Below are positions 8,029-16,466 of a stretch of 60,552 nucleotides of DNA, one piece after another; position 1 is the stretch's first letter; each line of letters starts with the position of its first letter. This DNA comes from a virus (Duplodnaviria; Caudoviricetes). The stretch spans positions 1 through 60,552 of the IMG/VR virus record IMGVR_UViG_3300043414_000845, one strand, 5' to 3'. The translations under genes and the position numbers were made by a program. The notes under the pieces were generated by a model. The model was not told the DNA's origin. It ran no database searches and saw only the letters and a list, made by a program, of their open reading frames with translations.

Positions 8029-8628
8029 ATGATGAGGACGATCCTGGCTGTGCTTTGCATGGCGACTGTACTGGCTACGCCTGCACTTGCTGACGGCTTC
8101 TACGTGACCGCTTACGGCGGCGCGAACTGGAACGACACCAACGAATCCGGCTCGGGCTGGACCGCGGGCTCGGACGTCGGCACCGTGATCGGCGCGGCCT
8201 ACGGGGCATCGGTCAAGAGCGTGCCAGGCCTGCGGGTCGAGGCTGACGCCAGCTACCGCACCAACAACCTCAGCATCGCCCTGGGCAGCTACCAGCTCGC
8301 CGCCAGGGACGAGACCTGGGCGCTGATGGGAAACGCCGTGTACGACCTGCCGCTCGACCTGGGCCCGGTGCATCCGTACGTCCTGGCAGGCGCTGGTGTC
8401 GGCAAGCGCGACATCTCGCTGAAGGCCTTGTCCCTCTCGGCGTTGCAGCTTGAGAACACGGGCATCGTCTGGCAGGTGGGTGCAGGGGTCAATACGACGG
8501 TCGCAGACGGCGTCCAGGTCGGCCTGGGGTATCGCTACCTCGACGCCCCGGACATCGGCCTGGGGCCGTTCAGCAACGCCGGAGGCAACCAGTCCTTGGT
8601 GCTCCAGGCGACGTTTGATATGAACTGA
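8029..8628 (+). CDS. Outer-membrane beta-barrel protein (8-stranded OMP/opacity-like family)
   Basis: Signal peptide MMRTILAVLCMATVLATPALA, GFYVTAYGG start, alternating beta-strands (LMGNAVYDL, HPYVLAGAGVG, WQVGAGV, LGYRYL), Phe near the C-terminus. Confidence 0.85.
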   Translation: MMRTILAVLCMATVLATPALADGFYVTAYGGANWNDTNESGSGWTAGSDVGTVIGAAYGASVKSVPGLRVEADASYRTNNLSIALGSYQLAARDETWALMGNAVYDLPLDLGPVHPYVLAGAGVGKRDISLKALSLSALQLENTGIVWQVGAGVNTTVADGVQVGLGYRYLDAPDIGLGPFSNAGGNQSLVLQATFDMN

Positions 8629-8650
8629 CGCCTACCGTACGAACAAAAGG

Positions 8651-8680
8651 AAAGGGGGGCTATCAGCCCCCCTTTTTCTT
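8651..8680. terminator. Bidirectional terminator between convergent genes
   Basis: AAAGGGGGGCT-ATC-AGCCCCCCTTT followed by further Ts. Confidence 0.8.
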
Positions 8681-8959
8681 TCTTGGTTTCGGTTTCGGTT
8701 TCGGCTCGAACCTGGGCATGACACCCAGCAGCTCTAGCTCCATGACGGCCCAGGCCACCATCGCGATCTGACCCCTCATCTCCGGCACCAGCTCCTGGAA
8801 GACCGAGAGCGGGACGTCGACCTCGTCGGCCTCCCACCTGCGAAGGGTCCTGGGGTTGACCTTCAGCGTCCTGAGAAGCCAGGACTTGTACGATGGCCCG
8901 TAGAGCACGGTCCCGCACAGCCGCAGCAGAACGCCTCGCGTGATCGTGCCTGGTTTCAT
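8663..8959 (-). CDS. HTH DNA-binding protein
   Basis: LYGPSYKSWLLRTLKVNPRTLRRWEA, HTH-like. Confidence 0.6.
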   Translation of the reverse strand: MKPGTITRGVLLRLCGTVLYGPSYKSWLLRTLKVNPRTLRRWEADEVDVPLSVFQELVPEMRGQIAMVAWAVMELELLGVMPRFEPKPKPKPRKKKGG

Positions 8960-9615
8960 CGATCCTCCTGGATGATCTCCAGGGCGTGGACGAACAGCTC
9001 GCTGAACTTCAGCAAGTCGGCGCAGGCCACGTTGCCCTGGTTGGCCTCACCCGACAGCCTGGAACGCAGGTCAGCCAGGGCGGCCTTGGCACGGAACGCA
9101 TCACGCTGGGTGCGGCTGAGGACCGAACCCCAGTTGCGACCGTAGAGCTCGACGATCTCGTTGTTGGCGTCCATTGCGGCGTCCTTGGCCGTGGCCAGGA
9201 GACGAGCGCGATCAGGCGACTGCGAGGGGTTGACGGTGACGATGGTGATCGCCTTGTCGGTGCCATCCTGCATCATCGTGACCAGGTCGCGGTCAGCGGT
9301 GGCTTCGGGTTGCGGATCGGGCGTGTTGACCATCTGGTTGAGCTTGTCGAGCTCGGCCTGGAACTGCTCCGTACCCCAGCCCGCGATGCGGAATACGGGG
9401 AACTGCTCCGGCCGCATCGACATGACGACGGCCTTGTCCTTGCCACCGTAGTAGTACGGCTTCCTGAGCTTGGTGATCTTGTAGCCGCCCATGCTCTTCA
9501 CACGGACCTTGTGATCGCCAATGGCGCGCGCGGCACAGAACTCGTGCCACTCGTGACTGTAAAGGCGATAGACGTCACCGCTGACGACGACCATCACGCG
9601 CTTGTAGTTTTGCAT
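8956..9615 (-). CDS. Hypothetical protein
   Basis: 219-aa ORF, AGGAGG RBS. Confidence 0.65.
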   Translation of the reverse strand: MQNYKRVMVVVSGDVYRLYSHEWHEFCAARAIGDHKVRVKSMGGYKITKLRKPYYYGGKDKAVVMSMRPEQFPVFRIAGWGTEQFQAELDKLNQMVNTPDPQPEATADRDLVTMMQDGTDKAITIVTVNPSQSPDRARLLATAKDAAMDANNEIVELYGRNWGSVLSRTQRDAFRAKAALADLRSRLSGEANQGNVACADLLKFSELFVHALEIIQEDR

Positions 9616-9707
9616 TCAGTTGGGCCTCCTGCCCTGGTATCGGCCGGGCCCTTTGCCCGGCTATCCAGTACAGGTAGAGGCCAACGTCTATCCTGTCAAG
9701 ACGTACT

Positions 9708-9977
9708 CTACTCGATCTCGCCGTCGTCGGCGCGCATGTCGACCGACTCCATGCTCTCCGGCCAGACGATGATCGGGGTCGAGGGCCCAACGTAAGCGCC
9801 CTCCATATTGAACGAAACGTGCTCCCTGGCATCGTCCTCGGACAGGTCATCGCCCTCCATCAGGAGTTCAACGATCTTGTCGCCGTCGTAGACCAGGCGC
9901 TGGGCCAGGGTGCCGTCGGGGTGCCACACCGTGGCGACACCGATGAGGCAGGTGTCATAGCCGTCGAACTTCAGCAT
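9708..9977 (-). CDS. Conserved phage hypothetical protein
   Basis: MLKFDGYDTCLIGV...VYDGDKIVELLM...EDDAREHVSFNMEGAYVGPSTPIIV. Confidence 0.75.
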   Translation of the reverse strand: MLKFDGYDTCLIGVATVWHPDGTLAQRLVYDGDKIVELLMEGDDLSEDDAREHVSFNMEGAYVGPSTPIIVWPESMESVDMRADDGEIE

Positions 9978-10369
9978 CACGGGGCCTCCGGATAGATGAG
10001 CGGGGAGAGCTGATGGAGCGCGCGCCACTGGGCCAGGGTGAAGGCCAGCATCTCGGCGTTGACGTCCACCAGGGTGTCGGTAAGGAACAGAGACCCCAGG
10101 ACGCGACCGTACTTGTCGTCCTTGTCCAGGGTGGTGGTGATGTTGACGTGGTGGCCAGCCAGGAGACCTTCCAGGTGCTCCTTGGCCAGCTTGCCCATGT
10201 TGCGCTCGTCCAGGGTCTTGGCGTGCCCTGGGAAGAGCTCGGGGGCATTGTAGCCCAGCATCCTGACCGTCTTGCGGATGTTCACGTAGAGGCCCAGGTC
10301 GATGTCAGCGACCAGGGTGTCTCCGTCAACGACCCGCCTCACCTCGCAGCGGTACTCGTACAGGCTCAT
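9977..10369 (-). CDS. Thermonuclease (SNase-like)
   Basis: RVVDGDT...VRMLGYNAPE...DDKYGRVLG motifs; no signal peptide. Confidence 0.9.
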   Translation of the reverse strand: MSLYEYRCEVRRVVDGDTLVADIDLGLYVNIRKTVRMLGYNAPELFPGHAKTLDERNMGKLAKEHLEGLLAGHHVNITTTLDKDDKYGRVLGSLFLTDTLVDVNAEMLAFTLAQWRALHQLSPLIYPEAP

Positions 10370-10522
10370 AGTTCATCTCCTTGCTGATGACCGTCTTGCC
10401 CATGTCGAGCGCTACGTCGACTCGGGCAATGGCCTCGATCAAGGAACCTATACGGGACTGGTACAGGTCAATGACTCCTATGAGCTTTTGCACATCGGCT
10501 TCCATGTTGGCCGCGTGCTCGG

Positions 10523-10783
10523 CTAGACCGTGATCCAGTCGTCCGCCAGGAGGTCGCTCTGGGAGGCGACCCACGGCACGTACTGTCCATCCGCTGTTCT
10601 CATATCCAGGTGCGGTCGGTACTGCACCTCCGTCCCCTCCGGCAAAAGCCCAAGCAGCGGTGGCCTGTTCACAACGAAGGTCGAGCCAGCCACGAGGTAG
10701 ATGTACATGCCCTTGCCGTTCCAGCCTTCGCGCGCCAGGCGCTGCTTCTCTTTCAGTAGAACCAGGGCCATTGAAAAGTTCAT
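10523..10783 (-). CDS. DUF2829 / Tad2-like (Thoeris anti-defence) protein
   Basis: MNFSMALVLLKEKQRLAREGWNGKGMYIYL...PWVASQSDLLADDW is the characteristic DUF2829 pattern. Confidence 0.88.
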   Translation of the reverse strand: MNFSMALVLLKEKQRLAREGWNGKGMYIYLVAGSTFVVNRPPLLGLLPEGTEVQYRPHLDMRTADGQYVPWVASQSDLLADDWITV

Positions 10784-11102
10784 TGCTTGCTCCTCGGGTT
10801 GCACGGAGCCGGATGATCTCCGTGTAGGCTTGGCAGTACATGCACGGCACCTCGATCCGGCGCTCGCAGAGGCACTTCATCTTCAGCCGCTTGGCGATGT
10901 CGATCATCTAGCACCCGAAGTAGCTGAACCGCGGCAGTAGGTCTTCATGGCAGCCTCCCGTTGAACACTTCCCAGACGATGATGATGAGCCCGGCGTCGA
11001 ACACGCCCTGGAGGAACGCCCGCCAGTTGAAGGGCTGGAAGTTCTTGCGCCAGCCCTCAGCGAAGCCCTCGGAGAAGGCCCTGGCCATGCCCCACAGCAG
11101 GC

Positions 11103-11411
11103 TCATGGCTTAGCCTCCAGTGCGCGTGTTAATACTGTAATCGTGTCTGCTGGCAGTCCATACCCATGCTCCTCAATGACCATTGTCAGCGCCTCCTTCA
11201 GCGCAGCTACTTGGGACTCTGCGGTTTCTGCGCGGACAGTCAAAGCGGAGCCGTCTTGCAGATAGCGATGTTCTGCTGCTCTCGCCTCATATCGTTCCTT
11301 CGTCAACGCTTCGATGAGGTCTGCGGCTTCCCGCATGAGCGGGAGCCAATCACAACCAATACCCGTCATGTCGGCACGCAACCGCTTCACCAAGTCCTTG
11401 CTGTCGGTCAT
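11103..11411 (-). CDS. Hypothetical protein (DLVKRLR...EAADLIE type)
   Basis: Common phage coiled-coil motif; ATGA overlap. Confidence 0.6.
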   Translation of the reverse strand: MTDSKDLVKRLRADMTGIGCDWLPLMREAADLIEALTKERYEARAAEHRYLQDGSALTVRAETAESQVAALKEALTMVIEEHGYGLPADTITVLTRALEAKP

Positions 11412-11869
11412 GGCTTTACCTCCACGAACTTGATGAAAAGTCCGCAGACTGGGCAGAGTTTGCCACTGTAATGGGCGGGGCCATGCGGCGTGACGTAGTA
11501 CGAAGTTGTGTATCGGCTCTTCGTCCACACACACTGCGGCGGGTCGGCGGCGGGTGTCTGCAATTGCGCCCGCTCTACACGCGCTTCGCCATGCCCATCC
11601 TCACGGGTAGGGCCACCCGCCGCCTTCACGTCGCTGGCCTCAGCCAGGATGTGCTCGATCAGCTCGTCGGCACCTTCAAAGCACTTCGCCGCATCTGGCT
11701 GGCCGTTCATCTCCATGATACCGGCAGCGATTGCCGCGGCAAAGTCCTCGCGCAGCGCATAGACCACCCGCCTCAGCCCGGCCTTCTCCAGGTCGCCCTT
11801 GCCGTCGGTCCGCTCCTGCTCGTCACCGAACCCGTCGTGGTAGATGCGCTCCAGCTTGTCCAGGTTCAT
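11408..11869 (-). CDS. Hypothetical protein with C-terminal Zn ribbon
   Basis: MNLDKLERIY...CVW...LCPVCG. Confidence 0.6.
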   Translation of the reverse strand: MNLDKLERIYHDGFGDEQERTDGKGDLEKAGLRRVVYALREDFAAAIAAGIMEMNGQPDAAKCFEGADELIEHILAEASDVKAAGGPTREDGHGEARVERAQLQTPAADPPQCVWTKSRYTTSYYVTPHGPAHYSGKLCPVCGLFIKFVEVKP

Positions 11870-12054
11870 CGCACCGGCCCCGTCAGGAACTTCATGTCGC
11901 CCCAGGTGCCGTCCGACGTGCACGAGATGTCGTTGAGGATGTCGGCCAGGGCCCCGTCGATGTAGCTGGCCCCGAGCGACCTGGCCTGCTCGATCTTCAG
12001 GTGGATGACACCGATGTACTTCTCCAGCTCAACGATGCGCTCAGCGTCAGTCAT
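11866..12054 (-). CDS. Hypothetical protein
   Basis: Coupled small ORF. Confidence 0.55.
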   Translation of the reverse strand: MTDAERIVELEKYIGVIHLKIEQARSLGASYIDGALADILNDISCTSDGTWGDMKFLTGPVR

Positions 12055-12268
12055 GGCTGGTCTCCGTGTGGACGAACGTCACGCCTAGCTCGATGGGCTC
12101 GATGGGCCCCAGGATGTCGGTGAAGTACATCCCGGTGTCGTGGAGCAGGTGCATGTCGTCGCGGATCATCTCGACGACGGCACGCATGCCAGCCCGCTCC
12201 GCCTGGACGAAGGGAATGCTCTTGGCGTAGGCGTCGTGGTACGCCTTGATCAGGTCGGCCAGGGTCAT
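12047..12268 (-). CDS. Hypothetical protein
   Basis: Coupled small ORF; its AGMRAVV segment resembles AGLRRVV in 11408-11869. Confidence 0.55.
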   Translation of the reverse strand: MTLADLIKAYHDAYAKSIPFVQAERAGMRAVVEMIRDDMHLLHDTGMYFTDILGPIEPIELGVTFVHTETSHD

Positions 12269-12431
12269 GGGTGCACCACGCAGACGTACTCGGCCGACCG
12301 CATGAGGCCGTCGACCTCGGCCACGTAGGCCTTGCCCGCGGACTTGCAGGACGCCTCCGTCGGGAACTCGATGTGGTCGAGGGCTGCGCCGCCACCGTTG
12401 CCGTAGATCAGGATGATGATGAGGATGTATT

Positions 12432-12773
12432 TCATGGGTTACCTTTCGTGGTTGTGGCCTGACGGCCCTTGTCGGTGATGGCCCAGACGATCCTGGTCCG
12501 ACCGGACGCGCCTGGACGGCGCATGGTTGTACGCTCAGCCAGGCCAGCCTCTTCCAGGGGCACCAGGCGCGGCGTGATGGACTGGAGGTTCAGGCCAGAG
12601 CTGGCCGCGATCTCCTCGCTCGTCTTCGGTCCCTGGTCGAGGGCTTGGAGGCAAGCCAGGTAGAGGCCGCTCGCGTCGAGCTCCAGGGCAGCCGCCTTGG
12701 AGGTCAATGGGTCGGAGCGCCTGGACGCTCCACCGGTACGCAGGGCGTCAAACAGGTCGGGCTGCTTGGTCAC
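12432..12773 (-). CDS. Winged-helix DNA-binding protein
   Basis: RRSDPLTSKAAA...TSEEIA...SITPRLVPLEEAGL...RIVWAIT. Confidence 0.75.
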   Translation of the reverse strand: MTKQPDLFDALRTGGASRRSDPLTSKAAALELDASGLYLACLQALDQGPKTSEEIAASSGLNLQSITPRLVPLEEAGLAERTTMRRPGASGRTRIVWAITDKGRQATTTKGNP

Positions 12774-12955
12774 TTGATCACCCAGGTGATGAACGCCGCC
12801 AGGCCCCACATCCCGCACACCGTCGCGATAGCCGTGATGAGGTTGGTGATGGGTGCTGGGTGAGCCCCTTCGTCCTCGTCGCTCCGCTGGAGCCAGTCGA
12901 AGAACACGAGGAAGAGGATGGGGGTGGCAAGGGCCGAGAAGATGATGGCAGTCAC
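12770..12955 (-). CDS. Small two-TM membrane protein
   Basis: Two hydrophobic segments. Confidence 0.55.
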   Translation of the reverse strand: MTAIIFSALATPILFLVFFDWLQRSDEDEGAHPAPITNLITAIATVCGMWGLAAFITWVIK

Positions 12956-13644
12956 GGTTTTCTGATCTCCAAGTCTGTATGTTCCCCCGGTACAGTAACC
13001 GTGTCAACCTCCCTGGCCTGCTCAATCTGCCTGGCTCGCTCGGCCCTGTACCGCTGAAGCACTGGTTCTGGGTCACCGATGATGAACTGCACGTTCGGAG
13101 TATCCACAGATTCCGGAAGCTCCCGCATGATGCCGGAGACCTTGGCCAGCTTCTCCAGGGCCATGAGCCGGTCGACGAATCGCACCTCGACGGACCCGTC
13201 CTTCGCCATCTTGACGCTCTCGATGCCTGCCCAGTCGGCCGCGGTGAGCTTGTTCGAGGGCTTCAGCTTGAGCCCCTTGTCGTCCCAGGACAGGACGTTT
13301 CCTGGGTTGAAGAATGCCATCTTGGCGAGGCCATCCACGATGCTCGCCTTGCCACTCGAAAACCGCTCGGCCAGGGCCTGGTCTACAGCCTCCCGAATGT
13401 GGGGCTTCCGGATGAGCTCCCAGGCCACCCGCTGGGCACATGATTTGGCATAGCCCGCAGCGACCGCAGCCTCGAAAAGTCGCAGATTTGCTAGATAGGC
13501 CTCCACGAACGCATATTCGCGATCTGACAGGCCATCGGCCCATCCAGGTAGGGTGGTGGCTGCCCCCCTGTCTTTCGCCAGCCCACGCCCTCCTGTGGGC
13601 TGTGGCGGCCTATCCCGGAGGTTCTTCGGACGTTTGACTGCCAT
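12952..13644 (-). CDS. terS: Terminase small subunit
   Basis: LSDREYAFVEAYL...AAVAAGYA...LIRKPHIREAV HTH; LAKMAFFNP and DRLMALEKLAK motifs. Confidence 0.85.
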   Translation of the reverse strand: MAVKRPKNLRDRPPQPTGGRGLAKDRGAATTLPGWADGLSDREYAFVEAYLANLRLFEAAVAAGYAKSCAQRVAWELIRKPHIREAVDQALAERFSSGKASIVDGLAKMAFFNPGNVLSWDDKGLKLKPSNKLTAADWAGIESVKMAKDGSVEVRFVDRLMALEKLAKVSGIMRELPESVDTPNVQFIIGDPEPVLQRYRAERARQIEQAREVDTVTVPGEHTDLEIRKP

Positions 13645-14685
13645 TTACGCCTCCACCCCGCTCAGAGCCAACCGGTGAGCTTCCAGGATCGGCTTCGCAT
13701 CCCGCTCGCTCGGACGGGTGCCATTGTCGGTCAAGTAGAACAGCTTCAGCGACCTCGGAATCGGGGCCTCCTTGAGCTGGCTGCACCAGGGCTCCGGGAA
13801 CGTGAACCCAGGCATGAACGGAAGCGCCTCGCTGAGGCTCATCTCCCAGGTGCCACCATCGATGTACAGCCGCACAACCGTGTCGAGCATTCCGGGTGTC
13901 GTGGTCCCAGCGCGACCAGGCACCGGGATGCGCTCGGCCTTGGGTGGCGGCGCTGGCATGGCCAGCCGGAAGTCCCTGGCCTCCAGGATCGCCTTGGCAA
14001 AATACAGCGGGGCCTTGGGTGGGTGGCCATGCTTGGCGATGAACGGAACTCCGACCCGTTCGACGGTCGGCCAGATGTCCTCGTCGGTGCACCCGAGTTG
14101 GACCCAGTCATCGTAGGTCCCGGCGAAGCTGATCCAGCCCTGGCCAGCTCTGAGAAGTTGCTCGTGGGTGATCTTCATCGCATTGACAAATTTGTCTAGC
14201 AGGAAGGCGGTAGGCACTCCCTTCCTTTCCTTGGTCCTTGATCCAAGGTCGACTCCCTTCCCTTCCAACGACGAGGGCTCGTCGAGGGCTCGCGAATGCT
14301 CGCGAGGATGCGTCGAGGGCTCGCGAGGCTTCGACGAGGGCTCGGCGAGGCCGCTCGGTGGTTGTGGAAACCTGGAGGCTGTGGGCCTGTCAATTCGTTG
14401 GTGATCTGCCCATTTATTGACCTTGATGTAAGTTGAGCCGTCAACCTCGTATTGGGTGATACAACCCTCAGCGTGTAATTCCTCGACCCATCCTCGCAGA
14501 AGGCTCGGCGCATCCTCGTCGTAAGGGTACAGAAGGCTCGCGAGCATTCGCGAGGACCCGCGAGTGACCCCTGTATCGTCGCAAATGGTCCAGAGGAGGA
14601 TGAAAAACAGTCTCGCTTCACGGGACACCCGCCCGATGCTTTCCGACTGCGAGAACTCCGGTTTGATGGTCCTGATGCGTGCCAT
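13645..14685 (-). CDS. Phage replication initiator (lambda O-like)
   Basis: MARIRTIKPEF...ARLFFILLWTICDDTG...WADHQRIDRP; adjacent to dnaB; contains iterons. Confidence 0.85.
   Translation of the reverse strand: MARIRTIKPEFSQSESIGRVSREARLFFILLWTICDDTGVTRGSSRMLASLLYPYDEDAPSLLRGWVEELHAEGCITQYEVDGSTYIKVNKWADHQRIDRPTASRFPQPPSGLAEPSSKPREPSTHPREHSRALDEPSSLEGKGVDLGSRTKERKGVPTAFLLDKFVNAMKITHEQLLRAGQGWISFAGTYDDWVQLGCTDEDIWPTVERVGVPFIAKHGHPPKAPLYFAKAILEARDFRLAMPAPPPKAERIPVPGRAGTTTPGMLDTVVRLYIDGGTWEMSLSEALPFMPGFTFPEPWCSQLKEAPIPRSLKLFYLTDNGTRPSERDAKPILEAHRLALSGVEA
14272..14554. repeat. Putative replication origin: 4 x CGAGGGCTCG iterons plus an 18-bp inverted repeat
   Basis: Direct repeats at 14272, 14283, 14314 and 14335; CTCGCGAATGCTCGCGAG (14289-14306) is inverted at 14537-14554; AT-richer stretch between them. 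Confidence 0.7.
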
Positions 14686-16100
14686 TATTGCCCTCCATTA
14701 CTCAGTGGTAGTGATGCCTGCGCCATGTCCTCTCCGACCTCGGAAAACAGGGTCCGTTCGGCATTGAATTTGACCTTGGTAAACCCCGTCGGGCCGCGAC
14801 GCCTTTTGGCCACGATGATGTCGGCCTGGCCAGCAACCCTGTTCAGCTCGGTGAGGAAGTCCTGGTTCTCCTCTCCTGGGCCGGGACGCTCCTTGTCCAG
14901 CCAGTATTCGTCGCGGTGGACGAAGAGGACGGTGTCGGCGTTCTGCTCGATGGCTGAGGCCCCGTAGAGGTCGGACAGGGTGGGCCGCTTGTTCTCGCGG
15001 GTCTTGTTGTCACGATTGAGATGGGCGACCAGGAGGACCGGAACGCCTAGCTCCTTAGCCATACTCTTGATGTCCCTGGTGATCTGCTGGAGCTGGTCAC
15101 GCTCGAATGCCCTGGGGTCGTTCGCCTGGATGAAGCGCAGGTGGTCGATCAGGATGAAGCCGACACCACCGCGGCGGCGCAGGCGGCGGGTCCTGGCGCG
15201 CATCTGGCCGACGGTGAGGTTCGGGGAGGCGTCGATCCAGATGGGCAGGTCCCGGAAGCTCTGCCTCGCCAGCACCAGGCGCTGCATATCGTTCTCGGAC
15301 AGGGAACCATCTTCCATCGAGGTCGTTGATACACCGGAGATTTGAGACAGATGACGAGCGACGTAATCCTCGGCGGACATTTCCTTGCTGAACACCATGC
15401 AGCGGTGCCCACGGGCGGCGATGAACCAGGTGATCTGCTGGGCCAGGGCAGTCTTGCCCATGCTGGTGGCCCCGCCCAGGACGATCAGGTCGCCAGGGGA
15501 GAACCGGCCGACGGTCCGGTCGAAGGACAGGAAGCCGGTGGCGATGCCTGCTCTGGCTGGCTCCTGGAAAGCCTTCTCGGTCCGGATCAGAGCCCGCTCG
15601 GCGACGTCCTCGATCTTCTCAATCGCAGCCAGTGCCTGGTCGGAGCTCACCAGGATGTGGAGCCGGTCCTCGGCCAGCTCGACCAGGAGCTCGGGGGTCA
15701 TGTCGGCCTGCATGCCCTCGGCTGCGGCGACCAGCTCCCGGCCCACGTTGGCCAGCCCGCGACGCACGGCCGCATCCTTCACGAGCTTCGCCAGCTCACC
15801 CAGGTTCATGCCTGGCACGTAGACCGTGCAGAGGGCTGTCAGGTAGTTCTTGTCGACCTTGGCCAGGTCGGGATCGGTCTTCAGGTAGCTCTTGACCGAC
15901 ATCGGGCTGGCGGTCTTTTTGAGGCGGACAAGCGCGGCTATTGTACTGTAAATGCGCTGGTGCAACCCGTCATAGAAATGGTCCGCTCGGATGATGTCGG
16001 CCACTGCGTCGATCCGGTCGTTGTCCAGGAGCAGCCCCCCCAGGATGGCTTGCTCAATCTCAATGTCCTCACTCGCACGCTCGGTGTTTTGCTCTTGCAT
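14685..16100 (-). CDS. dnaB: Replicative DNA helicase
   Basis: EQAILGGLL N-domain, GATSMGKT Walker A, ILIDHL, RPTLSDLYGASAIEQNAD. Confidence 0.95.
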   Translation of the reverse strand: MQEQNTERASEDIEIEQAILGGLLLDNDRIDAVADIIRADHFYDGLHQRIYSTIAALVRLKKTASPMSVKSYLKTDPDLAKVDKNYLTALCTVYVPGMNLGELAKLVKDAAVRRGLANVGRELVAAAEGMQADMTPELLVELAEDRLHILVSSDQALAAIEKIEDVAERALIRTEKAFQEPARAGIATGFLSFDRTVGRFSPGDLIVLGGATSMGKTALAQQITWFIAARGHRCMVFSKEMSAEDYVARHLSQISGVSTTSMEDGSLSENDMQRLVLARQSFRDLPIWIDASPNLTVGQMRARTRRLRRRGGVGFILIDHLRFIQANDPRAFERDQLQQITRDIKSMAKELGVPVLLVAHLNRDNKTRENKRPTLSDLYGASAIEQNADTVLFVHRDEYWLDKERPGPGEENQDFLTELNRVAGQADIIVAKRRRGPTGFTKVKFNAERTLFSEVGEDMAQASLPLSNGGQ

Positions 16101-16107
16101 CGCGGCG

Positions 16108-16139
16108 TTGACTTCCTGTGCTGAATGGGGGTACAGACT
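16108..16139 (+). promoter_or_regulatory. Putative promoter for the tRNA pair
   Basis: TTGACT...TACAGACT upstream of the tRNAs; its -35 overlaps the dnaB RBS on the other strand. Confidence 0.4.
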
Positions 16140-16230
16140 TCCACCAACTCAGCGTCTCGTGTCGAATCATTAATCGGCATGGTGAACGGTTTTCCCCAAC
16201 AGGGGCAAGGCCGCAACCGCTGGGTAGCAT

Positions 16231-16320
16231 GGAAGAATGGCAGAGCGGCTTATCGCAACACCTTGGAAAGGTGTCGTTCCTGAAAGGGAACCGTAGGTTC
16301 AAATCCTACTTCTTCCGCCA
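16231..16320 (+). tRNA. tRNA-Ser(GGA)
   Basis: GGAAGAA/TTCTTCC acceptor stem, ACACC-TTGGAAA-GGTGT anticodon arm, long variable arm, GTTCAAATC T-loop, G discriminator, encoded CCA. Confidence 0.93.
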
Positions 16321-16375
16321 ATTCGCCGGGAGCCCGCCATCGGGGCTCCCAGGCACTGTGCACAGATGGCACCCA

Positions 16376-16464
16376 GGACGGGTGGCAGAGTGGTCTATCG
16401 CGGCGGTCTTGAAAACCGCTGTCCCTACTGGGGACCGTGGGTTCGAATCCTACCCCGTCCGCCA
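16376..16464 (+). tRNA. tRNA-Ser(TGA)
   Basis: GGACGGG/CCCGTCC acceptor stem, GCGGT-CTTGAAA-ACCGC anticodon arm, long variable arm, GTTCGAATC, encoded CCA. Confidence 0.95.
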
Positions 16465-16466
16465 AT

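Noticed and set aside
16170-16230. Possible third tRNA upstream of tRNA-Ser(GGA)
   Set aside because: Forms a hairpin (CCCC-AACA-GGGG core) but lacks a T-loop, cloverleaf and CCA
16231-16464. tRNAs as an attP/prophage boundary
   Set aside because: No integrase recognised, and phage genes continue on both sides
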